Of a stretch of 64,000 bases of DNA, positions 26,500 to 39,199 are shown piece by piece. A program made the position numbers and the translations under genes. The DNA lies in the NCBI GenBank assembly GCA_038087875.1, contig CM075988.1, forward strand, positions 27,466,001-27,530,000, in the 5' to 3' direction. The notes below the pieces were generated by a model that worked only from the letters and a program-made list of their open reading frames with translations, searched no databases and was not told the origin of the DNA. The stretch is from Malacoraja senta. Its lineage: Eukaryota. How positions within the stretch are numbered: position 1 is the stretch's first letter; each line of letters begins with the position of its first letter.

Positions 26500-26770
26500 T
26501 GGATTTCTGTGGTGCCTTTCATTGCCTCAGGCCCTTTGAAAATACTTTACTGCCAACAAAGTACTTTTACATTGTAATGTCATCTGTAATATAGGAAATG
26601 CTGTAGACAATTTATGCATAACTAGCTCCCACTAAATGCAATGTGATAGTAACCAGATAAGCTGTTTTTCGGTAATGTTGTCAGAGGAATAAATACTGCC
26701 CAGGACACCAGTGATAACTCTCCTGCTCTGCTTTTGAAATAGTATCATGGTACCTTTTACAACCACGCGA
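26500..26770 (-). mobile_element. DeuSINE (AmnSINE1/SacSINE1-like) relic
   Basis: Colinear with the recalled Deu-domain consensus (ctttacagccaatgaagtacttt...aggaaacgcggcagccaatttg...accagataatctg...ccaggacacc...aactcccctgctc...gaaatagtgccatggg). Confidence 0.75.
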
Positions 26771-27351
26771 GGTAAACTATTATAAAATGCTGAACATCCC
26801 CCCCTGGGGTTTTCAATAACACTCTAAAACATTGTGAGCATCACTTACCTAACACTGAACAACATTAAAATATACCACAAACTAATACAAGTTTTCATTA
26901 GATCCGTATGGCATTCAGGCAAAATTAGAGGCCTAAATTAAGAACATCGATGTGCAAACTAGATTCATCTGTTCAAAAGATATCTGGATTTTCTGGAGAT
27001 CCAGTCAATAAATGAGATGATATCTGGTTTATGTAATTCCACCCAGTTTACTGAGCTTAATTTGCTCAAATCAACATCGGAAAAGTGGGTGAGGACGTTT
27101 CACACTTGACTGTCTTAAATTTAATAGGAGAAATTCATCTTTGGTTGCCAGCATTAAACCCCATTCAATACCAAACTTACTCCCAACCCATCATCCTGAT
27201 CCAATAAAGTCAATAGAACCAAATATACACAGGTGAGTTCATCTAGTGACTGATTTATCATAGGAGTTTAGATCAGGCATCCTAAGATCAATATCTCCAC
27301 CAAATAGTGAAAGCTCCTGAATTACCCAGTAATTTGCCAACTAAACTGTAT

Positions 27352-27637
27352 TCACACAGTCTGGAAAGCCCTGGTTTGAGCCGGTATCATAACAGGGACA
27401 GCACCCAATCTTCTCATATGTGCCTGCGTAGGTCCATTTTTATTGGTCTTGACTTCCTCTGTTGTTGTGTAAGAAACTGGTCCTTTGTCTTCTTTGGTCG
27501 ATGGTGTGCGAGGTTGCTGGGAATAAGGGGTACCATTTCGGATGGACTTAACTGAGCAGGATCCAGACTGTGTGCTTCCAGTGCCCACTGAGGATTGTGT
27601 GCTATTGAGCTTTGCCTTTGGTGCCTCTGCATCTTCC
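27352..27637 (-). CDS. CLMP: CLMP-like last exon, cytoplasmic tail ending in the class I PDZ-binding motif FQTV*
   Basis: Acceptor tgtcaacag, phase 2. Encodes EDAEAPKAKL...VPVMIPAQTRAFQTV. Confidence 0.92.
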
Positions 27638-28119
27638 CTGTTGACACACAATGAAAGAAAATAGCAAAGTATAATTCAAGGTTTTCTACTTGATAAAAGC
27701 CAAATCTTTCCATTCCTCAATTTAAAAAAATTGTTTGTTTCGAAAATTTTACTTTATACCTTAATTTTCCATCTACGTCACAATTTTAGTTTGCTCTCTT
27801 CAAAATGAAAATGAAATGAATGATAAAACCATTTTATTACCACCTGGTTGAGCGCTGTGATTACTGCAACATGATGAGCTATTTAATCTTGTTGATGACA
27901 GATACCAGAGATCCCCTTTAGCTGATGCTGGAATCAAATTAATGTTGGAAAGTCCACAAAGGTAAGATCTTTGACAACAGTTTTCTCCGAGGTCAGCTTT
28001 GAGCATTATCACTTCCGAGCTGACTGTAAAACTCAGGCTGATGGAAGCAGATATTCTATCTACTTCAATGGCACTTCCAAACTCAGTAATCTCTACCAAC
28101 AAGAAGGACAAAAGCAGTC

Positions 28120-28290
28120 GATTTGCCTCCAAGTCACATACCAAATGCGCTGACTTGGAAATACATCCCTGATCCATCATTATCACTGGCGCTATATCCT
28201 AGAACTTCCTGTCCAAAATCACCATGGGAGTACCTTCACCGGAAGGACTGCAGTGGTTCAAGGCAGCTCACCACCACTTTGCCAGGGAGG
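28120..28290 (+). mobile_element. Old LINE-derived 3' fragment, family uncertain
   Basis: ctgacttggaaatacatc...ggactgcagtggttcaaggcagctcaccaccac resembles a common elasmobranch LINE tail (recalled). Confidence 0.4.
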
Positions 28291-28787
28291 TGTAGCATAG
28301 GGGAGCTATGTTATCTTTATAAAAATAGGGTTTATTCGAAGTTTTGAATGGAAAAATGACCACTTCAAATGTTGTCAATTGCCAGTCCCTAGACCCTGGC
28401 CTTTGTCCCTGGCCAATGTCCAGCATGATTGTGGGCATAGTCTATTGTTGGAAGTCTGGTTGCCAGTGCATCAGTATGGCATCATGTAACACGTAGGTAA
28501 GAAGTTGCAGCACCCACAAAATACCTTTGACTCCCAATGAGGCTCCATCCTGGAGCACACCAGGTTGTCAAAGCTCTTGCTACTAGGGTATGTTTGTGAA
28601 CATCAAAGGCATTCACAAATGGTCAAAGTCACTTGGGACCTGTTAAAAATGTAAGATTAAAATACACACAATATTTAAAATAATTAAAAGTATTTAGACT
28701 TCATTCGTTCAAATAAATTAATCTTTCTAATTTTGCTTTGATCACATTCCTCCCCAGTGTGGTGCACTATCAGAGCAGTACTATCAG

Positions 28788-29620
28788 ATTTTTAGATTTT
28801 TATTTCTTGTCATTTGAACCTCAAAGAGGCTCAAACGAAATTCCGGTTCCACAGCCATACAAACAAAACAATTCCTACACGACACACAAACAATTCAATT
28901 TACAGAAAAACATCCATCACAGTGAATCTCCTCCTCACTGTGATGGAAGGCAAAGTCTTTTCTCTCCCCTGCACCATTTTTCTCCCGATGTTGAAGCCCC
29001 AGGCGGGCAATGTTAAGTCCCACGGCCGTTGAGGCCGCGCCGGGCGGTGTACTGCCTTGCTCCGGGCCCAAAAGTCACAAAGTTGGAGCCCCCGGCGGGC
29101 GCTGGAATGTCCCGCGGTCATTAAAGCCGTGCCGGGCGATTTACGGCCCCGCTCCGGGTCGTTCCAACCCCGCGACACGGGCGGGAGAAGTTGCGTTGCG
29201 GGAGCTCCGGAAAGCGGTCTCTCACCCGGACCCGCGAGCTCCCGATATCACAGTCCACAGGTCTGCAGCTGGAGCTTCGAAGTCGGGCCGCAGCAGCGAG
29301 CCACCACCGCTCCCCACGCTCTGAGGCCGGCCAGCCCCACGATGGTAAGTCCGCAGGCTCCGCGACTGGAGCCCCCAGGTCGTCCCGGTCGGAGGCCGCT
29401 CCACGGAGCTGGGCCCCAACGACAACGGAGACCCAACAAAGGTCGGGTCTCCCGTGCAGGGAAGAGATTTTTAAAGTTTCCCCCTCCCCCCCCGCCGCCC
29501 CCCACATATACACAGTTAAAAACAGTATAAAAAAACACAAACAATTACATTTAACTAGACAAAAATAAAAAAAAGACAGACAGGCTGTAGGGGCCGCTGC
29601 AGTAATCCGCACCGCCGCAC
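28788..29620 (-). mobile_element. Non-coding GC-rich retroposon, same superfamily as 384-1148
   Basis: 9-bp TSD tactatcag at 28779-28787 and 29621-29629. Its core is nearly colinear with 57170-57660. Confidence 0.8.
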
Positions 29621-30185
29621 TACTATCAGTGTTTAAACAGCAGAGTGACTAGGAACAATGGCAATAAATACCTAATGGCGATATGCACAATGCCAGGAGC
29701 TGCAAACCTGCTCAAAACTCTCAAATGTTACTGCCACAATTATTTCACAGCAGAATTGAAAAGTGCCAAGAAGAAAAAACCTAAGCTACGCTTAGTAGCG
29801 CAGCAGCTGCTGAGAAACGACGGGCCCATCTATGCAAATGTTCGTGTGGCACCATGACAGGATCAGGAGTCACAAGAATAAACAGTGTTTGAAATGTAAA
29901 CATTGCACGAATCCAGACACTGGGGCTTTTCAAGGTTAGAATTAAGCCACAGCTTCGGAATTCTGCACAGTAATGTCTCACTGCCTTACTTCAGAGGTCG
30001 GCAACAATATCCATGTTATTTAAAAATCTCAGGGATATCCTGAGTAAACCACAATGATCGCACACCTTGGTTGCACCATTATTGTTTGTTTTTTGTGTGT
30101 ACGTATGTGTGCGTATATATGATCCAGGTGTGGGAAGGAACTGCAGATGCTGGTTTACTCCAGCTTTCTGTGTCTATCTTCTCTA

Positions 30186-31303
30186 TGCGTGAAAGATACA
30201 TCTTCTAGATGCGCTGGGACGCATCCTCAGTGACGTGACCTGGGGTCATCGGATGTTTCGGGTCTCACAACATCAGACACCCTCACCCAGGCTACCCAGC
30301 CGTGGTTGATCAGGCCCCGACTTGCGTCTCAGCAGCAATCGCCCACGGATCAGCCCTCTTAATCCAAAGCCACCTAGTGGCTTTCTCTGCGGCTTCGCTT
30401 GCGGATTGAATGGCCCTCTTCTTTGCCAGCCCCTTAATGCCCAACTGGTTGAGGACTTTGCAGAGTGAGCATCCTGCAAAGCCTCTACAGCCCACCTTTA
30501 TGAGCTCATAGTATGTCTTCCAGCCGCTGTCCTGGCACATCTCCACCAGTTCCTGGTACTTTGCGAGTTTCCTCTCGTTAACCTCTTCAATACGCTCTTC
30601 CCAGGGCACTGTCAGCTCCAGAATGATCAGCTGTTTTGTCACTTCGGAGGTGATGATCATGTCTGGCCGGAGTGATGTTGCTGTGATGTGCTGTGGAAAT
30701 TTCAGCTGTATGCCCAGATCGATGTGCAGCTGCCAGTCAGTGGCTGTGTAGAGGAGGCCCGTCCTTGTTTTTGGTTGTGGTCGAGGCTTCTCTCCAGCTT
30801 TGACAAAAATGATTGATTTCTTTGGGCCGTGGTGGTGTTTGCTGTTACCGATGGCAGTGGCTATGCTCTCAGCAACCACCTTGAGCATCTGGTCATGGCG
30901 CCACCGATAGCGACCTTCCCCAAGGGACTTTGGGCAGCTGGTGAGGAGATGTTCTTATGATCTTCTTCCAGAGCAAAGTGGGCAGGAAGGTGTCTCGCTC
31001 TTGCCCCAGACGTGGAGGTTTGCTGGGCTTGGTAGGGCATCGTAGACAGCTTGGACAAGGAACCGGATGCGCTGGAGGTCTGCCTGCAAGATGTTTCACC
31101 ACGTAATCCTACGCTGCGGTATGCTCTCCCACCTTGTCCACGCTCCCTGCTGCCTGAGCCCCACTGTCCTGCTCACACACTCTTCCTCCACACCTGCTCG
31201 GACCTCTTCCTGGATTAGATAGTGTCTCTCCTTGCCCTGGGCCTTAGGGATCGGCTGGCACCTCGATGCCAGCCGATGACACCTTCTGGTCCCTGGAGTC
31301 CCT
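30186..31303 (-). mobile_element. HERO/R2-group non-LTR retrotransposon 3' fragment (zinc knuckle and restriction-like endonuclease)
   Basis: CPLC..HLLTSCP..RYRWRHDQ followed by RPDMII...LELTVPWEE...RKLAKYQEL (PD-(D/E)xK type). Frameshifted, 5'-truncated and flanked by TA/TG microsatellite. Confidence 0.88.
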
Positions 31304-31364
31304 GTATATGATCTATATATATATATATATATATGCATTTGTGAGTGTATATATATATATATAT

Positions 31365-31510
31365 ATACACTAAAGTTTTTTTAATTTTCTTTCGTTTATT
31401 ATATTGTTTACAGTGTGCTATGTTTACATATTATGTTGTGCTGCTGCAAGTAAGAATGTCATTGTTCTATCTGGGACACATGACAATAAAACACTCTTGA
31501 CTCTTGACTG
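31365..31510 (+). mobile_element. LINE 3' tail (Rex/Babar-like) with (tcttgac)n
   Basis: gctgctgcaagtaagaat...atgacaataaaacactcttgactcttgact. Confidence 0.6.
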
Positions 31511-31526
31511 CCAACGACGTACGTAC

Positions 31527-31668
31527 CTAATCTCATTTGGTTGTTCCTCTTCCTCATATTTGCGCTTTGCTTTCCTGTACAACGTGCACCAAACAATAAG
31601 GAAGATTAGCAGGAGACCAAGCATAACTCCAATAACAGCACCAGCAATGATCCCAGGGTCTTTTGCAT
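31527..31668 (-). CDS. CLMP: CLMP-like exon 6, transmembrane segment
   Basis: (Y)AKDPGIIAGAVIGVMLGLLLIFLIVWCTLYRKAKRKYEEEEQPNEI/R, with a tttccag acceptor and gtacgt donor. Confidence 0.93.
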
Positions 31669-31943
31669 CTGGAAATAAAACAAAACAAACAAATGAATAT
31701 TGACATCTGCATCGACTGAAATTCAGTTTTGAATGTAACTAGGCATGTATAAATGCGTTCTTGTTTTAAATATATATTTTTGGACAACATACTTTCCATC
31801 AGCTTCTTATTTCACTGATTATTAATGCTGAATTCTGGAGCAGTGTATGTTTGTGAATAATCTTGATTGCAGTTGGCTGTGCAAATTTGGCTGCAAAATC
31901 ACATTTTGTATTTGTTTTACATGTATGTAGGTAGAGCACTCAC

Positions 31944-32066
31944 ACGTAATTGTGATATTCACAAAGCAACTTTGCTGCCCTGCTTCATTTGTGGCACTGC
32001 ACTGGTACACTCCGGCATTTGTGTGGCTTAAGTTCCTCAGTAGCAGCATTTCTGGTGTTCTCGAAT
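31944..32066 (-). CDS. CLMP: CLMP-like exon 5, second half of the Ig-C2 domain
   Basis: (D)SRTPEMLLLRNLSHTNAGVYQCSATNEAGQQSCFVNITIT, with a tatag acceptor and gtgagt donor. Confidence 0.92.
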
Positions 32067-32149
32067 CTATATAAAATCAAGGAGAGTCTAGTTAAACAAT
32101 AATAATAAAATTCTGCCGATTTGGCATATCTGAAATAAAAACAGAAAAT

Positions 32150-32475
32150 GATGGAAAAACTCAGGAGGTCAGGTAGCATCTGTGCAAAGAGAAACTATCA
32201 ATGTTCAGGTCTGCGATTTTGTGAACCTGCCAAGTATTTCCAGACACAAAGTCCTGGCGTAACTCAGTAGGTCAGACAGCACCTCTGGAGAACATGGATA
32301 GATCAATGTTTCAGGTCGGGACTGAGGAAGGGTCCTGACCGGAAATATGACCCATCCATGTTCTCCAATGATGCTGCCTGATCCGTTGATTTACTCCAGA
32401 CTTTGTGCTTTTTTTGTAAACCAGCATCTGCAGCCCCTTGTATCAGTTTTTCCAGCATTTTTGTGTTTTTATTTC
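32150..32475. mobile_element. Nested fold-back Penelope-terminus repeats (degenerate)
   Basis: Inverted arms around ctgaggaagggtcctgaccggaaa, nested in an older palindrome of the same type. Confidence 0.7.
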
Positions 32476-32629
32476 AGTTCAATTAATTGGTTCATTCTGC
32501 ACAGACCAGTTAACAATTCAAAATTATCTCGAAGATTTAATTGAAGTTTATGAAACCATCAACATGTTAGCAACTTCTGATATTTTTATTTTATTTTAAT
32601 TGAATGCATTTGTAATTAAAACTGAACAG

Positions 32630-33015
32630 TGTCAATCCCCCTCCCATTCCGAATCGGACCTTTCTGTCCTGGGTCACCTCCATGGCCAGAGTGAGTCCCA
32701 CCGCAAATTGGAGGAGCAGCACCTCATATTTTGCTTGGGTAGTTTACACCCCAGCAGTATGAACATTGACTTCTCCAATTTCAGATAGTCCTTGCTTTCT
32801 CCCTCTTTCCCCTCCCCTTCCCAGCTCTCCCACAGCCCACTGTCTCAGCCTCTTTCTTTCTTCTTCCCGCCCCCCCACCCCCACATCAGTCTGAAGAAGG
32901 GTCTTGACCCAAAACATCATCTATTCTTTCGCTCCATAGATGCTGCCTCACCCGCTGAGTTTCTCCAGCATTTTTGTCTACCTTCGATTTTTCCAGCATC
33001 TGCAGTTCTTTCTTA
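32630..33015 (+). mobile_element. Penelope-like element 3' fragment (end of GIY-YIG domain and terminal repeat)
   Basis: SHSESDLSVLG...RKLEEQHLIFCLGSLHPSSMNIDFSNFR. Reverse complement of about 62523-62890. Confidence 0.9.
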
Positions 33016-33419
33016 GACAAGTGTTTCTTTCAGATCCCTTTGTCTTGTTATTTTTTTTCTTCCTTCTTTTGGTTTTCTTTCATATAAATAGCACTTTGTG
33101 CCAAAGACAGAAAACAACCAGCTTCCCAAAATGGTTTAGCAGATTACATATAGGAACTAGACACCAGGAAGAAGTAAGAACGCATGTGAATAATTCCCAA
33201 TTCTCTTTTGTGAAAGCTCTATTCATTTACTCTGTGCTATCTTTGATGACACAATGGAGAACAGTCTTGCAACCAGGGGAATTATGCACTTTGGATCTAT
33301 TTATATCCTACGTTATTTTAGCCACATTTTGTTTGCTGCACTCACAGGTGCCGATCAAGTCAATATCACATGTGAGTTGAAACTGCAGAAAAAGTGTGTC
33401 ACAAACATTTCAATAGATT

Positions 33420-34170
33420 GAAGTCATAACGCAGCTCTGTAAGATTTTGGTTAGGCAGCTATTGTGTGCCATTACAGTTGTTCCATTACAAGAAATATCT
33501 GGAGACTTTGGAGAGGATACAGAGGAGGTTTACCAGAAGGGTGCCCGGATCAGAGGGTTTCAGCTGCAGGGAGAGGTTGGATGGACTTGAATTGTTTTCT
33601 TTGGAACGTTGGAGGTTAGGGGAAACTTGATAGATGTATATAAAATTATGAGAGGCATAGATACAGTAGACAGTCAGATCCTTTTTCCCCAGGGTGGAAA
33701 TGTCCAACACTAGAGAGCATAGCTATAAGGTGAGAGGTGGAAATTTTAATGGAGATGTGCAGGATAAGATTTTTTTACAGAGTGGTGGGGCCTGAAGCGC
33801 ATTGTGAGGTATGGTCTTGGAGGCAGACACGATAGTGGCGTTTACGAGGCATTTGGATAGGCACGTGGACATGCAAGGAATAGAGGGATATGGATCATGT
33901 ACAGGTAGATGAGATCAATTTAAGAAGGAACTGCAGATGCTGGTTTAAACCAAAGAAAGACACAAAATGCTGGAGTAACTCAGCAGGACAGACAGGATCT
34001 CTGGAGAGAAGGAATAGGTGACGTTTCAGGTCTCTTCAGAGATGTTGCCTGTCCCGCTGAGTTTCTCCAGCATTTTGTGTCTATCTTTGAGATCAATTTA
34101 ACTCTGCATCATGTTCAGCACAAACATTGTGGGCCGAAGGGTACATTCCTGTGCTGTACTGTTCTATGTC
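33420..34170 (+). mobile_element. CR1 3' fragment with an inserted fold-back Penelope-terminus repeat (about 33922-34088)
   Basis: CR1 tail motifs. The insert is flanked by duplicated tgagatcaatttaa. Confidence 0.8.
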
Positions 34171-34570
34171 CTAGGTTCAAAATTCTAATATTGGGTTAGT
34201 TTCAGAATTCTAATTTTGGGGTAGTTTCCCAAAAATTCCTAAAGTCATCCCACGTTCAAAAAGGGCGAAACTGTGGAAAGGTTTAAGGAATATATTATGG
34301 TGTAGTAAAACATCGTGCAATTTCACTTGCTCATAAACATTTTTTATTGAACAAAAAAACAATCATCTGACTTCCATCCTAAATTCTGGCCAAAGGTCCA
34401 ATGGGGAAACATTAAGTCATCTGTTCAATGTTTCATAGTTTTTGTCTTTAGCTACACAAAATATGTTGCCAGTGCAGGGTGGGTATAAGCTTTGGACCTC
34501 CAGTTCCAAAGTGGAATCTGCCTGGCAATGGGTAACAATTCAGTCGTCTGTAAAAATATTTATCACCAAC

Positions 34571-34738
34571 CTATGTGTGAACGAGTTTGAAATTTGGTCT
34601 GCTGTCCCTCAGCATCCAAAATATGTTGCCACCTGTAGAAGATAGGTTCAGTGCCTTTTTCCGACCTACACTGAAGTTTAATGTCATTCCCTTGCAGAAG
34701 CTGTCCTTGTGTCCAGCACATAGGTTTCGAGGGTCTAA
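34571..34738 (-). CDS. CLMP: CLMP-like exon 4, first half of the Ig-C2 domain (absent from the ORF track)
   Basis: Manual translation (V)RPSKPMCWTQGQLLQGNDIKLQCRSEKGTEPIFYRWQHILDAEGQQTKFQTRSHI, with a gcttcag acceptor, gttggt donor and phase 1-1. Confidence 0.93.
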   Translation of the reverse strand, partial: LDPRNLCAGHKDSFCKGMTLNFSVGRKKALNLSSTGGNIFWMLRDSRPNFKLVHT

Positions 34739-35835
34739 CTGAAGCAGAAGAAAATATATTTTAATTGAGGTCCCATTCTTTAATCATCATGTTGCTTTGG
34801 ATAGAAGTCGTTAATTCTCTCTATTATAGTCACACATAAAAACTATCAAGAGTACAGATTGATTCAAGCATATTACTATTGTGCAGACTTGCCCAAGTTT
34901 CCGGAGTTCATACAACAGTCGTTAATTTGATTGTTGTGAATTATTTGTTTTTCTCCAAGTAGATATAGGAGCTAAAGATGTATTTGACAGCAAAAGAGCA
35001 TTGACAATAAAAGAGACTACTTGTAAATAAAACAGCTTGTTTCATTTGTTCAGCTGTTAGTGCCCACTGCCATATGTTGTTTGATGAGTGAGTCTTGAAT
35101 ATTCTTCAATGACTCACCCAGCAAGTAACACACACCCTATCAGCTCAATACAAGGTATTTAGTGACCAAACGCTGTCTTTTCCACAGACCTTTTTATACT
35201 TTCTAAAATATTTTAATCACCTACCATAAAATCTGTTTTACATTCTAATCTAATGGAGTCAGATGGGCAGAATTTCTGATTGGAAATCCAAGCTCTTGTT
35301 CATGCTGTGGGAATCATTATTGACCAGAATTCTGACTAGGAATTCAGACCGATTGACAGGCAGGCCTTTCAGCCAAGTAGGGAATACTCCACATCAAGCC
35401 CTATCCCTACATAAGGAGTCTCCAGGAATCTCCAGTTTTTCTACAGAGAGCATTAGGAGAAACGCATTTCAGATCTTGTAGGCTTCCCTTGGCCATTGCT
35501 GATGTGAGGGAGTGCGGTAGGCTTTATTGGAAAGCAGATGGAGGGAAGGTGGTCCACTCCAGCTCCTCCTGCCCCACAGGTTATGCTCTTACATTCATGG
35601 TGTGCTACACCCAGCTTGTTGTCTTTCCTGATGTCTGGGAAATGAGGATTAAGACTACGGAGCAGGATAAATATGAGGTTCCCAATCTCATCAATGTATT
35701 GAATTGGACAACCTGTCATACAGGAAAGGATTTGGCTGCTTGCACCCTTTTCCACCTTCATGAAACATGGACTAGGTGAACAGCCATTGGATTTGAGGCG
35801 TTTGAAGTTTTTAAAATTCACTTCACCCTAATTAA

Positions 35836-36520
35836 GGTTCAAGTTTTCAAGGTCAGTTTGTTGTCACATGAACCAATTAAGGTACATTGAAATTCGAAAT
35901 ATCATACAGCCATACTAAAAAAAAGCAACAAAACACACAACTACATAAAAGTTAACATAAACATCCACCACAGCGGATTCCCAACGTTCCTCACTCTGAT
36001 GGAAGGCAATAAAGTCCAATCTTCTTCCTCTTTTATTCTCCCATGGCCGGGGCAGTCAAACCATTCGCAGTCGGGGCGATCAAAGCTCCCACGTTGGGGC
36101 GATCGAAGCTCCTGCAGCTTGGAGTTCCAGAAGTTGGTCTCTGAAACCACGAGCTCCACGATGTTATAGTCCACTGGCACTCGCGGTAGAGATCGGAGAT
36201 CGATCCCTGGCAAAGGAATCGCAAGCTCTGCGATGTTAAAGTCTGCAGGCACCCGTGGTGGAACTCTTGAAATCATTCTCCAGCAAAGGCCGCCAACTCC
36301 TCGATATTAGGCTGCTGCGCGGACGGAGAAACGATACGGAAAAATATCGCATCTCCGTCAAATTAAGAGAATAGAAAAAGTTCCAACTTCCCCCTCCCCA
36401 CCCCCCACATAAAGCAAGGTAAAGAACACTAAAAACATACATTTAACACATACAAACAAACAACAAAAGAAGGAAGAGACAGGTAGACTGTTGGCGAGGC
36501 TGCCATTGCTGGCACCATCC
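35836..36520 (-). mobile_element. Non-coding GC-rich retroposon, same superfamily as 384-1148
   Basis: Shares gcagcctcgccaacagtct at the 5' end, the G-run, the internal gagctc..cgatgtta repeats and the ttccatcagagtgagga 3' block. No clear TSD. Confidence 0.7.
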
Positions 36521-36529
36521 GCCAAATGC

Positions 36530-36980
36530 GGAGATGATGTTTCCACTCATGGTAGAGTCCAGGACCAGATGCCATAATCTCAGCCTAAAAGGACGTAGCT
36601 TTAGAAAGGAGATGAGAAGGAATTTCTTTAGTCAGAGGATGGTGAATCTGTGGAATTAATTGCCACAGAAGGCTGTGGAGGCCAAATCAATTAATATTTT
36701 TAAGGCAAAGTTAGATCGATTCTTGAGTTGTACAGTTGTCAGGGTTTATGGGGATTAGGCAGGAGAATGGGGTTGATAGGGAAAGATAGATTAGCCATGA
36801 CGGAGTATGACAGAGTAGACTTGGAGTAGAATGTAATGGCCAATTTATGCTCCTATCACTTATGAACATGAAGACTAGAGAACGGGGTTGAGAGGCAAAG
36901 ATAGATAAACCATGGTTGATTGGTGGAGGAGATGATGAGCTGAATGGCCTGTCTGCTCCTTGAACCTATGAACTAATGAA
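36530..36980 (+). mobile_element. CR1 3' tail fragments
   Basis: ggtgaatctgtggaat...gaaggctgtggaggccaa...tgaatggcct. Confidence 0.75.
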
Positions 36981-37279
36981 CAGAAACAATTAGTTATTAA
37001 GTTATCATTCAACCCTTGATTCTTCTTCAACCACTATTATTGCTCTGGCATGCTATCTTGCCACAACCAAGAAAAGGGGAATCCTCACTTTTATCTTTGA
37101 TTTGTTCCGACTAAACTTCCTACTTCAGGCCTCGGCAGCCAGTGGGGACAGTGAAGATTGGATGACATTTTTGAGTACCTTTCTTGAATTGCTTCTTAAT
37201 CCTTCACTCTAATGGAAAGATAACTAATTTATGCAGCACTACCTGAAAAAGCAGAGAATGATGGGTTCTTGATTAGTAA

Positions 37280-37855
37280 AGGGCCTGTCCCACTTGGCCG
37301 TCATTTGCGCGCCATTTACGCAACCTGCCAGCATGTGGGTAGCATGTGGGTAGCGTGTGGGTACCGCGGAACGGGCGCATGGAGTGGTATGGAGGAGTGT
37401 GGAGTGGCGTGGAGGAGTGTGGACTTCGTCCTGCACAAAATCTTCGCGCGCCACCAGCCTGTTGCGTAACTGACGGCCAAAGTGGGACAGGCCCAAGACC
37501 CTGGCGTGGCGCAACGTCTCACCTCCAACAGCAGCAGAAGCAGGCAAGCGATCGCCGAGCTTGGCCTGGGGCTCATGGCCGTTGCAGATCCGGATCCGCC
37601 CCCACTCCTACTCCCAGAGCGAGGCCAAGACGATTGGAGATAGACACAAAATGCAGGAGTAACTCAGTGGGACCGGCAGCATCTCTGGAGAGAAGCAATG
37701 GGTGACGTTTCGGGTCAAGACCCTTCTTCATCCATTCCTTCAAATGACGTCACGCGCTCCAGACAGCTGTGCGGACGCATGATGACGCGCGCGACCGTCG
37801 CGCATCAGTCACTACCGGCCTGTCGCGTAAATGACGGCCAAGTGGGACAGGCCCT
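37280..37855. mobile_element. PIF/Harbinger-type MITE carrying a Penelope-terminus fragment
   Basis: TIR agggcctgtcccacttggccgtcattt / aaatgacggccaagtgggacaggccct with TAA on both sides. Internal third TIR copy near 37465-37494 and Penelope-derived piece at about 37640-37730. Confidence 0.85.
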
Positions 37856-38329
37856 TAAGGGTTTCAGAGAGAAGGCTGGAGGACGGGGTTGAGAGGAAAA
37901 AGTAGGTCAGCCATGATTGAATGGAGCGGTAGAAGATGGGCTGAATGGCCTAATTCTGCTCATATGTCTTATGGTCTTATAAACTGTTAGTTCAGCCCAG
38001 AGAGGAGTTGGGAAACAATTGCACCAGATATTTCCTCAAAACAATCAGCAGGTGGCACTCCAGGGAAAGGTATTGTTTACTTGTGCCATTGCAGTAGTCA
38101 AGAAACTCATTCTCAGTCAAAAATGCTAAATGTGCTACAAAATAATGGCAATATGTTGTATTCAGCATCCAGAATATAGTTCCAAGTGTATATAATGCTC
38201 TGCCATTACTAAACAGCTTTTAGTGCTGCCAAAAAGGGATGAAACTTCTCAGCAGTAATTGCTTCACAATACAATGCAGTCACCACCCCACTTTCATGGA
38301 ATGTTAGTCATAGATAATCACTGCATTGA

Positions 38330-38570
38330 AAAGGCACTTTTTTCTTTTTAAATTCTCCCCACATTTTCATCAACTCCCCCAGATTTAACCACTGACTTTC
38401 ACAGTGGTAGTTGGCAATTTACAGTGAGCAACTATCCTACCAGGCTACTTTACTTTGGAATGTGGGAGGAAACTGGTAGCACCAAAAGGAGAACATGCAA
38501 ACTCCACACACAGAGTCTCTGGCTTTGTGAGGCAGTGGCTTTACTAGCTGCAACACTGTGCCACACATAA
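38330..38570 (-). mobile_element. Diverged V-SINE
   Basis: tttggaatgtgggaggaaactgg...gaggcagtggctttactagctgcaacactgtgcc. Confidence 0.65.
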
Positions 38571-38811
38571 ATATTTAAATACAATCAAACTAATAACTTA
38601 GCCATTTGGTGAACTCACTAATCTAGTTAATCCATTTTGACATGTTGACCTTGATTTTTGCCAAGAATCCTCTGTAGGTGAGGAATATTAATTCCTTGTA
38701 TACTTAAAGAACTTCCAATCGATCTTGCTCCTTGTAATTTTCAAGTACTGCACAGTCAATTATCATTCTTGTTTTGTGGACTGTGGAAAATCTAGGTAAA
38801 TTGAGAATAGT

Positions 38812-38960
38812 AAACAGCAATGAGATAATGACTAAATAATCTGTTCATAATCAAGGTGGTTAAGTGATAAATGTTGGCCAGGTTATGAGGAAGATGTCCC
38901 TTACTATTCTTTGATCGTTGCCAGGTGATCTTTTATGTCTGCCTAATAAAACAGAAAATG
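38812..38960 (-). mobile_element. DeuSINE fragment
   Basis: aaacagcaatgagataatgac..ataatctgtt...gataaatgttggccagg...gatcttttatgtc, similar to 26630-26760. Confidence 0.6.
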
Positions 38961-39199
38961 CCATTGATCTCTTGAGCTGTTAGCATTTGGACCAGTTTTC
39001 CATGTGAGAAAAGGCTTGACTGATTTCCCTGTAGACTACATCAACAACACCAGCTTCGTTGACTCCTAGTTATCTCCTAATTAGTTTCACTGGATCTCCC
39101 CTTAACAAAGATATGTTCACTATCCCTGATTAATCCCTGCCTCTCTAACTGTAGATTAATCCTGACATGCAGGCTTTTATCCCAATAGGTTTTCAACTT

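Noticed and set aside
28900-29612. Many overlapping ORFs on both strands (also 631-1080, 37239-37705, 42781-43126 and 56466-57650)
   Set aside because: Stop-poor GC-rich repeat interiors with no domain motifs.
29832-29840. Octamer ATGCAAAT as an snRNA or enhancer element
   Set aside because: A single 8-mer is expected by chance in 64 kb, and no PSE or snRNA sequence was seen nearby.
32940-33380. 146-aa hydrophobic ORF
   Set aside because: It starts in a Penelope repeat and runs through T-rich intron sequence, with no homology or splice support.
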